A stretch of DNA of 64,000 nt from Eledone cirrhosa (lineage: Eukaryota). Positions 27,001 through 41,700 of the stretch are shown here, in pieces. The notes below the pieces were generated by a model. That model had not been told where the DNA came from. It was given only the letters and a program-made list of their open reading frames with translations, and searched no databases. The stretch covers positions 41,726,001 through 41,790,000 of the forward strand of contig OZ024748.1 of NCBI GenBank assembly GCA_964016885.1, read 5' to 3'. Position numbers and translations under genes: made by a program. How positions within the stretch are numbered: the first letter of the stretch is position 1; every line of letters begins with the position of its first letter.

Positions 27001-30000
27001 TGTCAGGTGAGCAGAGACAGACAGACGTGAGAGAGACACTAGGACAAGTATAGACAGGTGAGAGAAATGTCAGGTGAGCAGAGACAGACAGACAGACGTG
27101 AGAGAGACACTAGGACAATTATAGACAGGTGGGGGGAATGTCAGGTGAGCAGAGACAGATAGGCGTGAGAGAGAAGTTCGGACAATTATAGACAGGTGGG
27201 GGAATGTCAGGTGAGCAGAGACAGACAGACAGACGTGACATCGACACTAGGACAATTATAGACAGGTGGGAGGAATGTCAGGTGAGACAGAGACAGACAG
27301 ACGTGAGGGAGACACTAGGACAATTATAGACAGCTGGGAGGAATGTCAGGTGAGCAGAGACAGACAGACAGACGTGAGAAAGACACTGGGACAATTATAG
27401 TCAGGTGGGGGGGATGTCAGGTGAGCAGAGACAGACAGACAGAGGTGAGAGACGGACCAGGACAATCATAGACAGGTGAGGGGGAACGTCAGGTGAGCAG
27501 AGACAGACAGACGTGAGAGAGACACTAGGACAATTATAGACAGGTGGGGGGAATGTCAGGTGAGCAGAGACAGACAGACGTGACAACGACACTAGGACAA
27601 TTATAGACAGGTGGGGGGAATGTCAGGTGAGCAGAGACAGACAGACAGATGTGAGAGAGACACTAGGACAATTATAGACAGGTGGGGGTAATGTCAGGTG
27701 AGCAGAGACAGACACACAGACGTGAGAGAGACACTAGGACAATTATAGACAGGTGGGGGGAATGTCAGGTGAGCAGAGACAGACAGACAGATGTGAGAGA
27801 CAGACCAGGACAATTATAGACAGGTGAGGGGGAATGTCAGGTGAGCAGAGACAGCCAGACGTGAGAGAGACACTAGGACAATTATAGACAGGTAGAGGGA
27901 ATGTCAGGTGAGCAGAGACAGACAGACGTGAGAGAGACACTAGGACAATTATAGACAGGTGAGAGGGAATGTCAGGTGAGCAGAGACAGACAGACAGACG
28001 TGAGAGAGACACTAGGACAATTATAGACAGGTGGGAGGAATGTCAGGTGAGCAGAGACAGACAGACGTGAGAGAGACACTACGACAATTATAGAAAAGTG
28101 GGGGGATTGTCAGGTGAGCAGAGACAGACGGACAGATGTGAGAGACAGACCAGGACAATTATAGACAGGTGAGGGGCAATGTCAGGGGAGCAGAGACAGA
28201 CAGACGTGAGAGAGACACGAGGACAATTATAGACAGGTGGGGGGAATGTCAGGTGAGCAGAGACAGACAGACGTGAGAGAGACACTAGGACAATTATAGT
28301 CAGTGGAGGGAATGTCAGGTGAGCAGAAACAGAGAGACATGAGAGAGACACTAGGACAATTATAGTCAGGTGGAGGGAATGTCAGGTGAGCAGAGACAGA
28401 CAGACAGACGTGAGAGAGACACTAGGACAATTATAAACAGGTGGAGGTAATGTCAGGTGAGCAGAGACAGACACACAGACGTGAGAGAGACACTAGGACA
28501 ATTATAGTCAGGTGGGGAGAATGTCAGGTGAGCAGAGACAGACAGACAGACGTGAGAGAGACACTAGGATAATTATAGACAGGTGGGGGGAATGTCAGTT
28601 TAGCAGAGACAGACAGACAGACGTGAGAGAAACTAGGACAATTATAGACAGGTGGGAGGAATGTCAGGTGAGCAGAGACAGACAGACAGATGTGAGAGAC
28701 AGACCAGGACAATTATAGACAGGTGAGGGGGAATGTCAGGTGAGCAGAGACAGACAGACGTGAGAGAGACACTAGGACAATTATAGACAGGTGGGGGAAT
28801 GTCAGGTGAGCAGAGACAGACAGACGTGAGAGAGACACTAGGACAATTATAGACAGGTGGGAGGAATGTCAGGTGAACAGAGACAGACAGACAGACGTGA
28901 GAGACAGACCAGGACAATTATAGATAGGTGGGGCGAATGTCAGGTGAGCAGAGACAGACAGACATGAGGGAGATACTAGGATAATTATAGACAGGTGAGG
29001 GGGATTGTCAGGTAAGCAGAGACGTACAGACGTGAGAGAGACACTAGGACAAATATAGACAGGTGGAAGGAATGTCAGGTGAGCAGGGACAGACAGACAT
29101 GAGAGACAGACTCGGACAATTATAGACAGGTGGGGAGAATGTCAGGTGAGCAGAGACAGACAGACGTGAGAGAGACACTAGGAAAAGTATAGACAGGTGA
29201 GAGAAATGTCAGGTGAGCAGAGACAGATAGACAGACGTGAGAGAGACACTAGGACAATTATAGACAGGTGGGGGGAATGTCAGTTGAACAGAGACAGACA
29301 CACAGACGTGAAAGAGACACTCGGACAATTATAGACAGGTGGGGGGAATGTCAGGTGAGCAGAGACAGATAGACGTGAGAGAGAAGTTAGGACAATTATA
29401 GACAGGTGGGGGAATGTCAGGTGAGCAGAGACAGACAGACGTGACATCGACACTAGGACAATTATAGACAGGTGGGAGGAATGTCAGGTGAGCAGAGACA
29501 GACAGACGTGAGGGAGACACTAGGACAATTATAGACAGCTGGGAGGAATGTCAGGTGAGCAGAGACAGACAGACAGACGTGAGAGAGACACTGGGACAAT
29601 TATAGTCAGGTGGGGGGGATGTCAGGTGAGCAGAGACAGACAGACAGAGGTGAGAGACGGACCAGGACAACCATAGACAGGTGAGGGGGAACGTCAGGTG
29701 AGCAGAGACAGACAGACGTGAGAGAGACACTAGGACGATTATAGACAGGTGGGGGGAATGTCAGGTGAGCAGAGACAGACAGATGTGACAACGACACTAG
29801 GACAATTATAGACAGGTGGGGGGAATGTCAGGTGAGCAGAGACAGACAGACAGATGTGAGAGAGACACTAGGACAATTATAGACAGGTGGGGGTAATGTC
29901 AGGTGAGCAGAGACAGACACACAGACGTGAGAGAGACACTAGGACAATTATAGACAGGTGGGGGGAATGTCAGGTGAGCAGAGACAGACAGACAGATGTG

Positions 30001-33000
30001 AGAGACAGACCAGGACAATTATAGACAGGTGAGGGGGAATGTCAGGTGAGCAGAGACAGACACACAGACGTGAGAGAGACACTAGGACAATTATAGACAG
30101 GTAGAGGGAATGTCAGGTGAGCAGAGACAGACAGACGTGAGAGAGACACTAGGACAATTATAGACAGGTGAGAGGGAATGTCAGGTGAGCAGAGACAGAC
30201 AGACAGACGTGAGAGAGACACTAGGACAATTATAGACATGTGGGAGGAATGTCAGGTGAGCAGAGACAGACAGACGTGAGAGAGACACTACGACAATTAT
30301 AGAAAAGTGGGGGGAATGTCAGGTGAGCAGAGACAGACGGACAGATGTGAGAGACAGACCAGGACAATTATAGACAGGTGAGGGGCAATGTCAGGGGAGC
30401 AGAGACAGACTGACGTGAGAGAGACAATAGGACAATTATAGACAGGTGGGGGAATGTCAGGTGAGCAGAGACAGACAGACAGACGTGAGAGAGAAACTAG
30501 GATAATTATAGACAGGTGGGGGGAATGTCAGGTGAGCAGAGACAGACAGACAGACGTGAGAGAGACACTAGGACAATTATAGTCAGTGGAGGGAATGTCA
30601 GGTGAGCAGAAACAGAGAGACATGAGAGAGACACTAGGACAATTATAGTAAGGTGGAGGGAATGTCAGGTGAGCAGAGACAGACAGACAGACGTGAGAGA
30701 GACACTAGGACAATTATAAACAGGTGGAGGTAATGTCAGGTGAGCAGAGACAGACACACAGACATGAGAGAGACACTAGGACAATTATAGACAGGTGGGG
30801 AGAATGTCAGGTGAGCAGAGACAGACAGACGTGAGAGAGACACTAGGATAATTATAGACAGGTGGGGGGAATGTCAGTTTAGCAGAGACAGACAGACAGA
30901 CGTGAGAGAAACTAGGACAATTATAGACAGGTGGGAGGAATGTCAGGTGAGCAGAGACAGACAGACAGATGTGAGAGACAGACCAGGACAATTATAGACA
31001 GGTGAGGGGGTATGTCAGGTGAGCAGAGACAGACAGACGTGAGAGAGACACTAGGACAATTATAGACAGGTGGGGGGAATGTCAGGTGAACAGAGACAGA
31101 CAGACAGACGTGAGGGACAGACCAGGACAATTATAGATAGGTGGGGCGAATGTCAGGTGAGCAGAGACAGACAGACATGAGGGAGATACTAGGATAATTA
31201 TAGACAGGTGAGGGGGATTGTCAGGTAAGCAGAGACGTACAGACGTGAGAGAGACACTAGGACAAATATAGACAGGTGGAAGGAATGTCAGGTGAGCAGG
31301 GACAGACAGACATGAGAGACAGACTCGGACAATTATAGACAGGTGGGGAGAATGTCAGGTGAGCAGAGACAGACAGACGTGAGAGAGACACTAGGACAAG
31401 TATAGACAGGTGAGAGAAATGTCAGGTGAGCAGAGACAGACAGACAGACGTGAGAGAGACACTAGGACAATTATAGACAGGTGGGGCGAATGTCAGTTGA
31501 ACAGAGACAGACACACAGACGTGAAAGAGACACTCGGACAATTATAGACAGGTGGGGGGAATGTCAGGTGAGCAGAGACAGATAGACGTGAGAGAGAAGT
31601 TAGGACAATTATAGACAGGTGGGGGAATGTCAGGTGAGCAGAGACAGACAAACAGACGTGACATCGACACTAGGACAATTATAGACAGGTGGGAGGAATG
31701 TCAGGTGAGCAGAGACAGACAGACGTGAGGGAGACACTAGGACAATTATAGACAGCTGGGAGGAATGTCAGGTGAGCAGAGACAGACAGACAGACGTGAG
31801 AGAGACACTGGGACAATTATAGTCAGGTGGGGGGGATGTCAGGTGAGCAGAGACAGACAGACAGAGGTGAGAGACGGACCAGGACAACCATAGACAGGTG
31901 AGGGGGAACGTCAGGTGAGCAGAGACAGACAGACGTGAGAGAGACACTAGGACGATTATAGACAGGTGGGGGGAATGTCAGGTGAGCAGAGACAGACAGA
32001 TGTGACAACGACACTAGGACAATTATAGACAGGTGGGGGTAATGTCAGGTGAGCAGAGACAGACACACAGACGTGAGAGAGACACTAGGACAATTATAGA
32101 CAGGTGGGGGGAATGTCAGGTGAGCAGAGACAGACAGACAGATGTGAGAGACAGACCAGGACAATTATAGACAGGTGAGGGGGAATGTCAGGTGAGCAGA
32201 GACAGACACACAGACGTGAGAGAGACACTAGGACAATTATAGACAGGTAGAGGGAATGTCAGGTGAGCAGAGACAGACAGACGTGAGAGAGACACTAGGA
32301 CAATTATAGACAGGTGAGAGGGAATGTCAGGTGAGCAGAGACAGACAGACAGACGTGAGAGAGACACTAGGACAATTATAGACATGTGGGAGGAATGTCA
32401 GGTGAGCAGAGACAGACAGACGTGAGAGAGACACTACGACAATTATAGAAAAGTGGGGGGAATGTCAGGTGAGCAGAGACAGACGGACAGATGTGAGAGA
32501 CAGACCAGGACAATTATAGACAGGTGAGGGGCAATGTCAGGGGAGCAGAGACAGACTGACGTGAGAGAGACAATAGGACAATTATAGACAGGTGGGGGAA
32601 TGTCAGGTGAGCAGAGACAGACAGACAGACGTGAGAGAGAAACTAGGATAATTATAGACAGGTGGGGGGAATGTCAGGTGAGCAGAGACAGACAGACAGA
32701 CGTGAGAGAGACACTAGGACAATTATAGTCAGTGGAGGGAATGTCAGGTGAGCAGAAACAGAGAGACATGAGAGAGACACTAGGACAATTATAGTAAGGT
32801 GGAGGGAATGTCAGGTGAGCAGAGACAGACAGACAGACGTGAGAGAGACACTAGGACAATTATAAACAGGTGGAGGTAATGTCAGGTGAGCAGAGACAGA
32901 CACACAGACATGAGAGAGACACTAGGACAATTATAGACAGGTGGGGAGAATGTCAGGTGAGCAGAGACAGACAGACGTGAGAGAGACACTAGGATAATTA

Positions 33001-34800
33001 TAGACAGGTGGGGGGAATGTCAGTTTAGCAGAGACAGACAGACAGACGTGAGAGAAACTAGGACAATTATAGACAGGTGGGAGGAATGTCAGGTGAGCAG
33101 AGACAGACAGACAGATGTGAGAGACAGACCAGGACAATTATAGACAGGTGAGGGGGTATGTCAGGTGAGCAGAGACAGACAGACGTGAGAGAGACACTAG
33201 GACAATTATAGACAGGTGGGGGAATGTCAGGTGAGCAGAGACAGACAGACGTGAGAGAGACACTAGGACAATTATAGACAGGTGGGGGGAATGTCAGGTG
33301 AACGGAGACAGACAGACAGACGTGAGAGACAGACCAGGACAATTATAGATAGGTGGGGCGAGTGTCAGGTGAGCAGAGACAGACAGACATGAGGGAGATA
33401 CTAGGATAATTATAGACAGGTGAGGGGGATTGTCAGGTAAGCAGAGACGTACAGACGTGAGAGAGACACTAGGACAAATATAGACAGGTGGAAGGAATGT
33501 CAGGTGAGCAGGGACAGACAGACATGAGAGACAGACTCGGACAATTATAGACAGGTGGGGAGAATGTCAGGTGAGCAGAGACAGACAGACGTGAGAGAGA
33601 CACTAGGACAAGTATAGACAGGTGAGAGAAATGTCAGGTGAGCAGAGACAGACAGACAGACGTGAGAGAGACACTAGGACAATTATAGACAGGTGGGGGG
33701 AATGTCAGTTGAACAGAGACAGACACACAGACGTGAAAGAGACACTCGGACAATTATAGACAGGTGGGGGGAATGTCGGGTGAGCAGAGACAGATAGACG
33801 TGAGAGAGAAGTTAGGACAATTATAGACAGGTGGGGGAATGTCAGGTGAGCAGAGACAGACAGACAGACGTGACATCGACACTAGGACAATTATAGACAG
33901 GTGGGAGGAATGTCAGGTGAGCAGAGACAGACAGACGTGAGGGAGACACTAGGACAATTATAGACAGCTGGGAGGAATGTCAGGTGAGCAGAGACAGACA
34001 GACAGACGTGAGAGAGACACTGGGACAATTATAGTCAGGTGGGGGGGATGTCAGGTGAGCAGAGACAGACAGACAGAGGTGAGAGACGGACCAGGACAAT
34101 CATAGACAGGTGAGGGGGAACGTCAGGTGAGCAGAGACAGACAGACGTGAGAGAGACACTAGGACAATTATAGACAGGTGGGGGGAATGTCAGGTGAGCA
34201 GAGACAGACAGACGTGACAACGACACTAGGACAATTATAGACAGGTGGGGGGAATGTCAGGTGAGCAGAGACAGACAGACAGATGTGAGAGAGACACTAG
34301 GACAATTATAGACAGGTGGGGGTAATGTCAGGTGAGCAGAGACAGACACACAGACGTGAGAGAGACACTAGGACAATTATAGACAGGTGGGGGGAATGTC
34401 AGGTGAGCAGAGACAGACAGACGTGAGAGAGACACTAGGACAATTATAGACAGGTGAGAGGGAATGTCAGGTGAGCAGAGACAGACAGACAGACGTGAGA
34501 GAGACACTAGGACAATTATAGACAGGTGGGAGGAATGTCAGGTGAGCAGAGACAGACAGACGTGAGAGAGACACTACGACAATTATAGAAAAGTGGGGGG
34601 AATGTCAGGTGAGCAGAGACAGACGGACAGATGTGAGAGACAGACCAGGACAATTATAGACAGGTGAGGGGCAATGTCAGGGGAGCAGAGACAGACAGAC
34701 GTGAGAGAGACACTAGGACAATTATAGACAGGTGGGGGAATGTCAGGTGAGCAGAGACAGACAGACAGACGTGAGAGAGAAACTAGGATAATTATAGACA
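16850..34800 (+). repeat. Higher-order repeat zone, period ~2.15-2.28 kb (~32-33 monomers) with irregular 2768- and 1938-bp units
   Basis: Homologous ORFs start at 18138, 20417, 22695, 25463, 27401, 29606, 31823 and 34035 (steps 2279, 2278, 2768, 1938, 2205, 2217, 2212). The CGTAC marker is at 17551, 19830, 22109, 24877, 29023, 31236 and 33448. Confidence 0.9.
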
Positions 34801-35749
34801 GGTGGGGGGAATGTCAGGTGAGCAGAGACAGACAGACAGACGTGAGAGAGACACTAGGACAATTATAGTCAGTGGAGGGAATGTCAGGTGAGCAGAGACA
34901 CACAGACAGACGTGAGAGACAGACCAGGTCAATTATAGACAGGTGAGGGGGAATATCAGATGAGCAGTGAGAGACAGACGTGAGAGAGACACTAGGACAT
35001 TTATAGACAGGTTGAGGTAATGTCAGGTGAGCAGAGACAGACACACAGACGTGAGAGAGACACTGGGACAATTATAGACAGGTAGAGGGAATGTCAGGTA
35101 AGCAGAGACAGACAGACGTGAGAGAGACACTAGGACAACTATAGACAGGTGGGAGAATGTCAGGTGAGCAGAGACAGACAGACAGACATGAGAGAGACAC
35201 TAGGCCAATTATAGACAGGTGGGAGGAACGTCAGGTGAGCAGAGACAAACAGACAGACATGAGAGAGACACTAGGACAATAATAGACATGTGACGGGAAT
35301 GTCAGGTGAACAGAGACAGACAGACGTGAGAGAGACACTAGGACAATTATAGACAGGTGGGGGGAATGTCAGGTGAACAGAGACAGACAGACGTGAGAGA
35401 CAGACCAGGACAATTATAGATAGGTGGGGCGAATGTCAGGTGAGCAGAGACAGACAGACGTGAGAGAGACACTAGGACAAGTATAGACAGGTGAGAGAAA
35501 TGTCAGGTGAGCAGAGACAGACAGACAGACGTGAGAGAGACACTAGGACAATTATAGACAGGTGGGGGAATGTCAGGTGAGCAGAGACAGATAGACGTGA
35601 GAGAGAAGTTAGGACAATTATAGACAGGTGGGGGAATGTCAGGTGAGCAGAGACAGACAGACAGACGTGACATCGACACTAGGACAATTATAGACAGGTG
35701 GGAGGAATGTCAGGTGAGACAGAGACAGACAGACGTGAGGGAGACACTA

Positions 35750-38700
35750 GGACAATTATAGACAGGTGGGGGGAATGTCAGGTGAGCAGAGACAGACAGA
35801 CGTGACAACGACACTAGGACAATTATAGACAGGTGGGGGGAATGTCAGGTGAGCAGAGACAGACAGACAGATGTGAGAGAGACACTAGGACAATTATAGA
35901 CAGGTGGGGGTAATGTCAGGTGAGCAGAGACAGACACACAGACGTGAGAGAGACACTAGGACAATTATAGACAGGTGGGGGGAATGTCAGGTGAGCAGAG
36001 ACAGACAGACAGATGTGAGAGACAGACCAGGACAATTATAGACAGGTGAGGGGGAATGTCAGGTGAGCAGAGACAGCCAGACGTGAGAGAGACACTAGGA
36101 CAATTATAGACAGGTAGAGGGAATGTCAGGTGAGCAGAGACAGACAGACGTGAGAGAGACACTAGGACAATTATAGACAGGTGAGAGGGAATGTCAGGTG
36201 AGCAGAGACAGACAGACAGACGTGAGAGAGACACTAGGACAATTATAGACAGGTGGGAGGAATGTCAGGTGAGCAGAGACAGACAGACGTGAGAGAGACA
36301 CTACGACAATTATAGAAAAGTGGGGGGAATGTCAGGTGAGCAGAGACAGACGGACAGATGTGAGAGACAGACCAGGACAATTATAGACAGGTGAGGGGCA
36401 ATGTCAGGGGAGCAGAGACAGACAGACGTGAGAGAGACACTAGGACAATTATAGACAGGTGGGGGAATGTCAGGTGAGCAGAGACAGACAGACAGACGTG
36501 AGAGAGAAACTAGGATAATTATAGACAGGTGGGGGGAATGTCAGGTGAGCAGAGACAGACAGACAGACGTGAGAGAGACACTAGGACAATTATAGTCAGT
36601 GGAGGGAATGTCAGGTGAGCAGAGACACACAGACAGACGTGAGAGACAGACCAGGTCAATTATAGACAGGTGAGGGGGAATATCAGATGAGCAGTGAGAG
36701 ACAGACGTGAGAGAGACACTAGGACATTTATAGACAGGTTGAGGTAATGTCAGGTGAGCAGAGACAGACACACAGACGTGAGAGAGACACTAGGACAATT
36801 ATAGACAGGTAGAGGGAATGTCAGGTAAGCAGAGACAGACAGACATGAGAGAGACACTAGGACAACTATAGACAGGTGGGAGAATGTCAGGTGAGCAGAG
36901 ACAGACAGACAGACATGAGAGAGACACTGGGACAACTATAGAGAGGTGGGAGAATGTCAGGTGAGCAGAGACAGACAGACAGACATGAGAGAGACACTAG
37001 GCCAATTATAGACAGGTGGGAGGAACGTCAGGTGAGCAGAGACAAACAGACAGACATGAGAGAGACACTAGGACAATAATAGACATGTGACGGGAATGTC
37101 AGGTGAACAGAGACAGACAGACGTGAGAGAGACACTAGGACAATTATAGACAGGTGGGGGGAATGTCAGGTGAACAGAGACAGACAGACAGACGTGAGAG
37201 ACAGACCAGGACAATTATAGATAGGTGGGGCGAATGTCAGGTGAGCAGAGACAGACAGACATGAGGGAGATACTAGGATAATTATAGACAGGTGAGGGGG
37301 ATTGTCAGGTAAGCAGAGACGTACAGACGTGAGAGAGACACTAGGACAAATATAGACAGGTGGAAGGAATGTCAGGTGAGCAGGGACAGACAGACATGAG
37401 AGACAGACTCGGACAATTATAGACAGGTGGGGAGAATGTCAGGTGAGCAGAGACAGACAGACGTGAGAGAGACACTAGGACAAGTATAGACAGGTGAGAG
37501 AAATGTCAGGTGAGCAGAGACAGACAGACAGACGTGAGAGAGACACTAGGACAATTATAGACAGGTGGGGGGAATGTCAGTTGAACAGAGACAGACATAC
37601 AGACGTGAAAGAGACACTCGGACAATTATAGACAGGTGGGGGGAATGTCAGGTGAGCAGAGACAGACAGACGTGAGAGAGAAGTTAGGACAATTATAGAC
37701 AGGTGGGGGAATGTCAGGTGAGCAGAGACAGACATACAGACATGATATCGACACTAGGACAATTATAGACAGGTGGGAGGAATGTCAGGTGAGCAGAGAC
37801 AGACAGACAGACGTGAGAGAGACACTGGGACAATTATAGTCAGGTGGGGGGGATGTCAGGTGAGCAGAGACAGACAGACAGACGTGAGAGAGACACTGGG
37901 ACAATTATAGTCAGGTGGGGGGGATGTCAGGTGAGCAGAGACAGACAGACAGACAGAGGTGAGAGACGGACCAGGACAATCATAGACAGGTGAGGGGGAA
38001 CGTCAGGTGAGCAGAGACAGACAGATGTGAGAGAGACACGAGGACAATTATAGACAGGTGGGGGGAATGTCAGGTGAGCAGAGACAGACAGACGTGACAA
38101 CGACACTAGGACAATTATAGACAGGTGGGAGGAATGTCAGGTGAGCAGAGACAGACAGACAGATGTGAGAGAGACACTAGGACAATTATAGACAGGTGGG
38201 GGTAATGTCAGGTGAGCAGAGACAGACACGCAGACGTGAGAGAGACACTAGGACAATTATAGACAGGTGGGGGGAATGTCAGGTGAGCAGAGACAGACAG
38301 ACAGATGTGAGAGACAGACCAGGACAATTATAGACAGGTGAGGGGGAATGTCAGGTGAGCAGAGACAGCCAGACGTGAGAGACACACTAGGACAATTATA
38401 GACAGGTAGAGGGAATGTCAGGTGAGCAGAGACAGACAGACGTGAGAGAGACACTAGGACAATTATAGACAGGTGAGAGGGAATGTCAGGTGAGCAGAGA
38501 CAGACAGACAGACGTGAGAGAGACACTAGGACAATTATAGACAGGTGGGAGGAATGTCAGGTGAGCAGAGACAGACAGACGTGAGAGAGACACTACGATA
38601 ATTATAGAAAAGTGGGGGGAATGTCAGGTGAGCAGAGACAGACGGACAGATGTGAGAGACAGACCAGGACAATTATAGACAGGTGAGGGGCAATGTCAGG

Positions 38701-41700
38701 GGAGCAGAGACAGACAGACGTGAGAGAGACACTAGGACAATTATAGACAGGTGGGGGAATGTCAGGTGAGCAGAGACAGACAGACAGACGTGAGAGAGAA
38801 ACTAGGATAATTATAGACAGGTGGGGGGAATGTCAGGTGAGCAGAGACAGACAGACAGACGTGAGAGAGACACTAGGACAATTATAGTCAGTGGAGGGAA
38901 TGTCAGGTGAGCAGAGACACACAGACAGACGTGAGAGACAGACCAGGACAATTATAGACAGGTGAGGGGGAATATCAGATGAGAAGTGAGAGACAGACGT
39001 GAGAGAGACACTAGGACATTTATAGACAGGTTGAGGTAATGTCAGGTGAGCAGAGACAGACACACAGACGTGAGAGAGACACTAGGACAGTTATAGACAG
39101 GTAGAGGGAATGTCAGGTAAGCAGAGACAGACAGACATGAGAGAGACACTAGGACAACTATAGACAGGTGGGAGGAATGTCAGGTGAGCAGAGACAAACA
39201 GACAGACATGAGAGAGACACAAGGACAATTATAGACATGTGACGGGAATGTCAGGTGAACAGAGACAGACAGACGTGAGAGAGACACTAGGACAATTATA
39301 GACAGGTGGGGGGAATGTCAGGTGAGCAGAGACAAACAGACAGACATGAGAGAGACACTAGGACAATTATAGACATGTGACGGGAATGTCAGGTGAACAG
39401 AGACAGACAGACGTGAGAGAGACACTAGGACAATTATAGACAGGTGGGGGAATGTCAGGTGAGCAGAGACAGACAGATGTGAGAGAGAAACTAGGATAAT
39501 TATAGACAGATGGGGGGAATGTCAGGTGAGCAGAGACAGACAGACGTCAGAGAGAAGTTAGGACAATTATAGACAGGTGGGGAATGTCAGGTGAGCAGAG
39601 ACAGACAGACAGACGTGACAACGACACTAGGACAATTATAGACAGGTGGGAGGAATGTCAGGTGAGCCGAGACAGACAGACGTGAGGGAGACACTAGGAC
39701 AATTATAGACAGGTGGGAGGAATGTCAGGTGAGCAGAGACATACAGACAGACGTGAGAGAGACACTAGGACAATAATAGTCAGGTGGGGGGAATGTCAGG
39801 TGAGCAGAGACAGACAGACGTGAGAGAGACACTAGGACAATTATAGACAGGTGGCGGTAATGTCAGGTGAGCAGAGACAGACACACAGACGTGAGAGAGA
39901 CACTAGGACAATTATAGACAGGTGGGGGAATGTCAGGTGAGCAGAGACAGACAGACAGATGTGAGAGACAGACCGGACAATTATAGACAGGTGAGGGGGA
40001 ATGTCAGGTGAGCAGAGACAGACAGACATGAGAGAGACACTAGGACAATTATAGACAAGTGAGGGGGATTGTCAGGTGAGCAGAGACAGACACACGTGAG
40101 AGAGACACTAGGACAATTATAGACAGGTGAGGGGGAACGTCAGGTGAGCAGAGACAGACAGACAGACATGAGAGAGACACTAGGACAATTATAGACAGGT
40201 GAGAGGGAATATCAGGTGAGCAGAGACAGCCAGACGTGAGGGAGACACTAGGACAATTATAGACAGCTGGGAGGAATGTCAGGTGAGCAGAGACAGACAG
40301 ACAGACGTGAGAGAGACACTGGGACAATTATAGTCAGGTGGGGGGGATGTCAGGTGAGCAGAGACAGACAGACAGAGGTGAGAGACGGACCAGGACAATC
40401 ATAGACAGGTGAGGGGGAACGTCAGGTGAGCAGAGACAGACAGACGTGAGAGAGACACTAGGACAATTATAGACAGGTGGGGGGAATGTCAGGTGAGCAG
40501 AGACAGACAGACGTGACAACGACACTAGGACAATTATAGACAGGTGGGGGGAATGTCAGGTGAGCAGAGACAGACAGACAGATGTGAGAGAGACACTAGG
40601 ACAATTATAGACAGGTGGGGGTAATGTCAGGTGAGCAGAGACAGACACACAGACGTGAGAGAGACACTAGGACAATTATAGACAGGTGGGGGGAATGTCA
40701 GGTGAGCAGAGACAGACAGACAGATGTGAGAGACAGACCAGGACAATTATAGACAGGTGAGGGGGAATGTCAGGTGAGCAGAGACAGCCAGACGTGAGAG
40801 AGACACTAGGACAATTATAGACAGGTAGAGGGAATGTCAGGTGAGCAGAGACAGACAGACGTGAGAGAGACACTAGGACAATTATAGACAGGTGAGAGGG
40901 AATGTCAGGTGAGCAGAGACAGACAGACAGACGTGAGAGAGACACTAGGACAATTATAGACAGGTGGGAGGAATGTCAGGTGAGCAGAGACAGACAGACA
41001 TGAGAGAGACACTACGACAATTATAGAAAAGTGGGGGGAATGTCAGGTGAGCAGAGACAGACGGACAGATGTGAGAGACAGACCAGGACAATTATAGACA
41101 GGTGAGGGGCAATGTCAGGGGAGCAGAGACAGACAGACGTGAGAGAGACACTAGGACAATTATAGACAGGTGGGGGAATGTCAGGTGAGCAGAGACAGAC
41201 AGACAGACGTGAGAGAGAAACTAGGATAATTATAGACAGGTGGGGGGAATGTCAGGTGAGCAGAGACAGACAGACAGACGTGAGAGAGACACTAGGACAA
41301 TTATAGTCAGTGGAGGGAATGTCAGGTGAGCAGAGACACACAGACAGACGTGAGAGACAGACCAGGTCAATTATAGACAGGTGAGGGGGAATATCAGATG
41401 AGCAGTGAGAGACAGACGTGAGAGAGACACTAGGACATTTATAGACAGGTTGAGGTAATGTCAGGTGAGCAGAGACAGACACACAGACGTGAGAGAGACA
41501 CTAGGACAATTATAGACAGGTAGAGGGAATGTCAGGTAAGCAGAGACAGACAGACGTGAGAGAGACACTAGGACAACTATAGACAGGTGGGAGAATGTCA
41601 GGTGAGCAGAGACAGACAGACAGACATGAGAGAGACACTAGGCCAATTATAGACAGGTGGGAGGAACGTCAGGTGAGCAGAGACAAACAGACAGACATGA

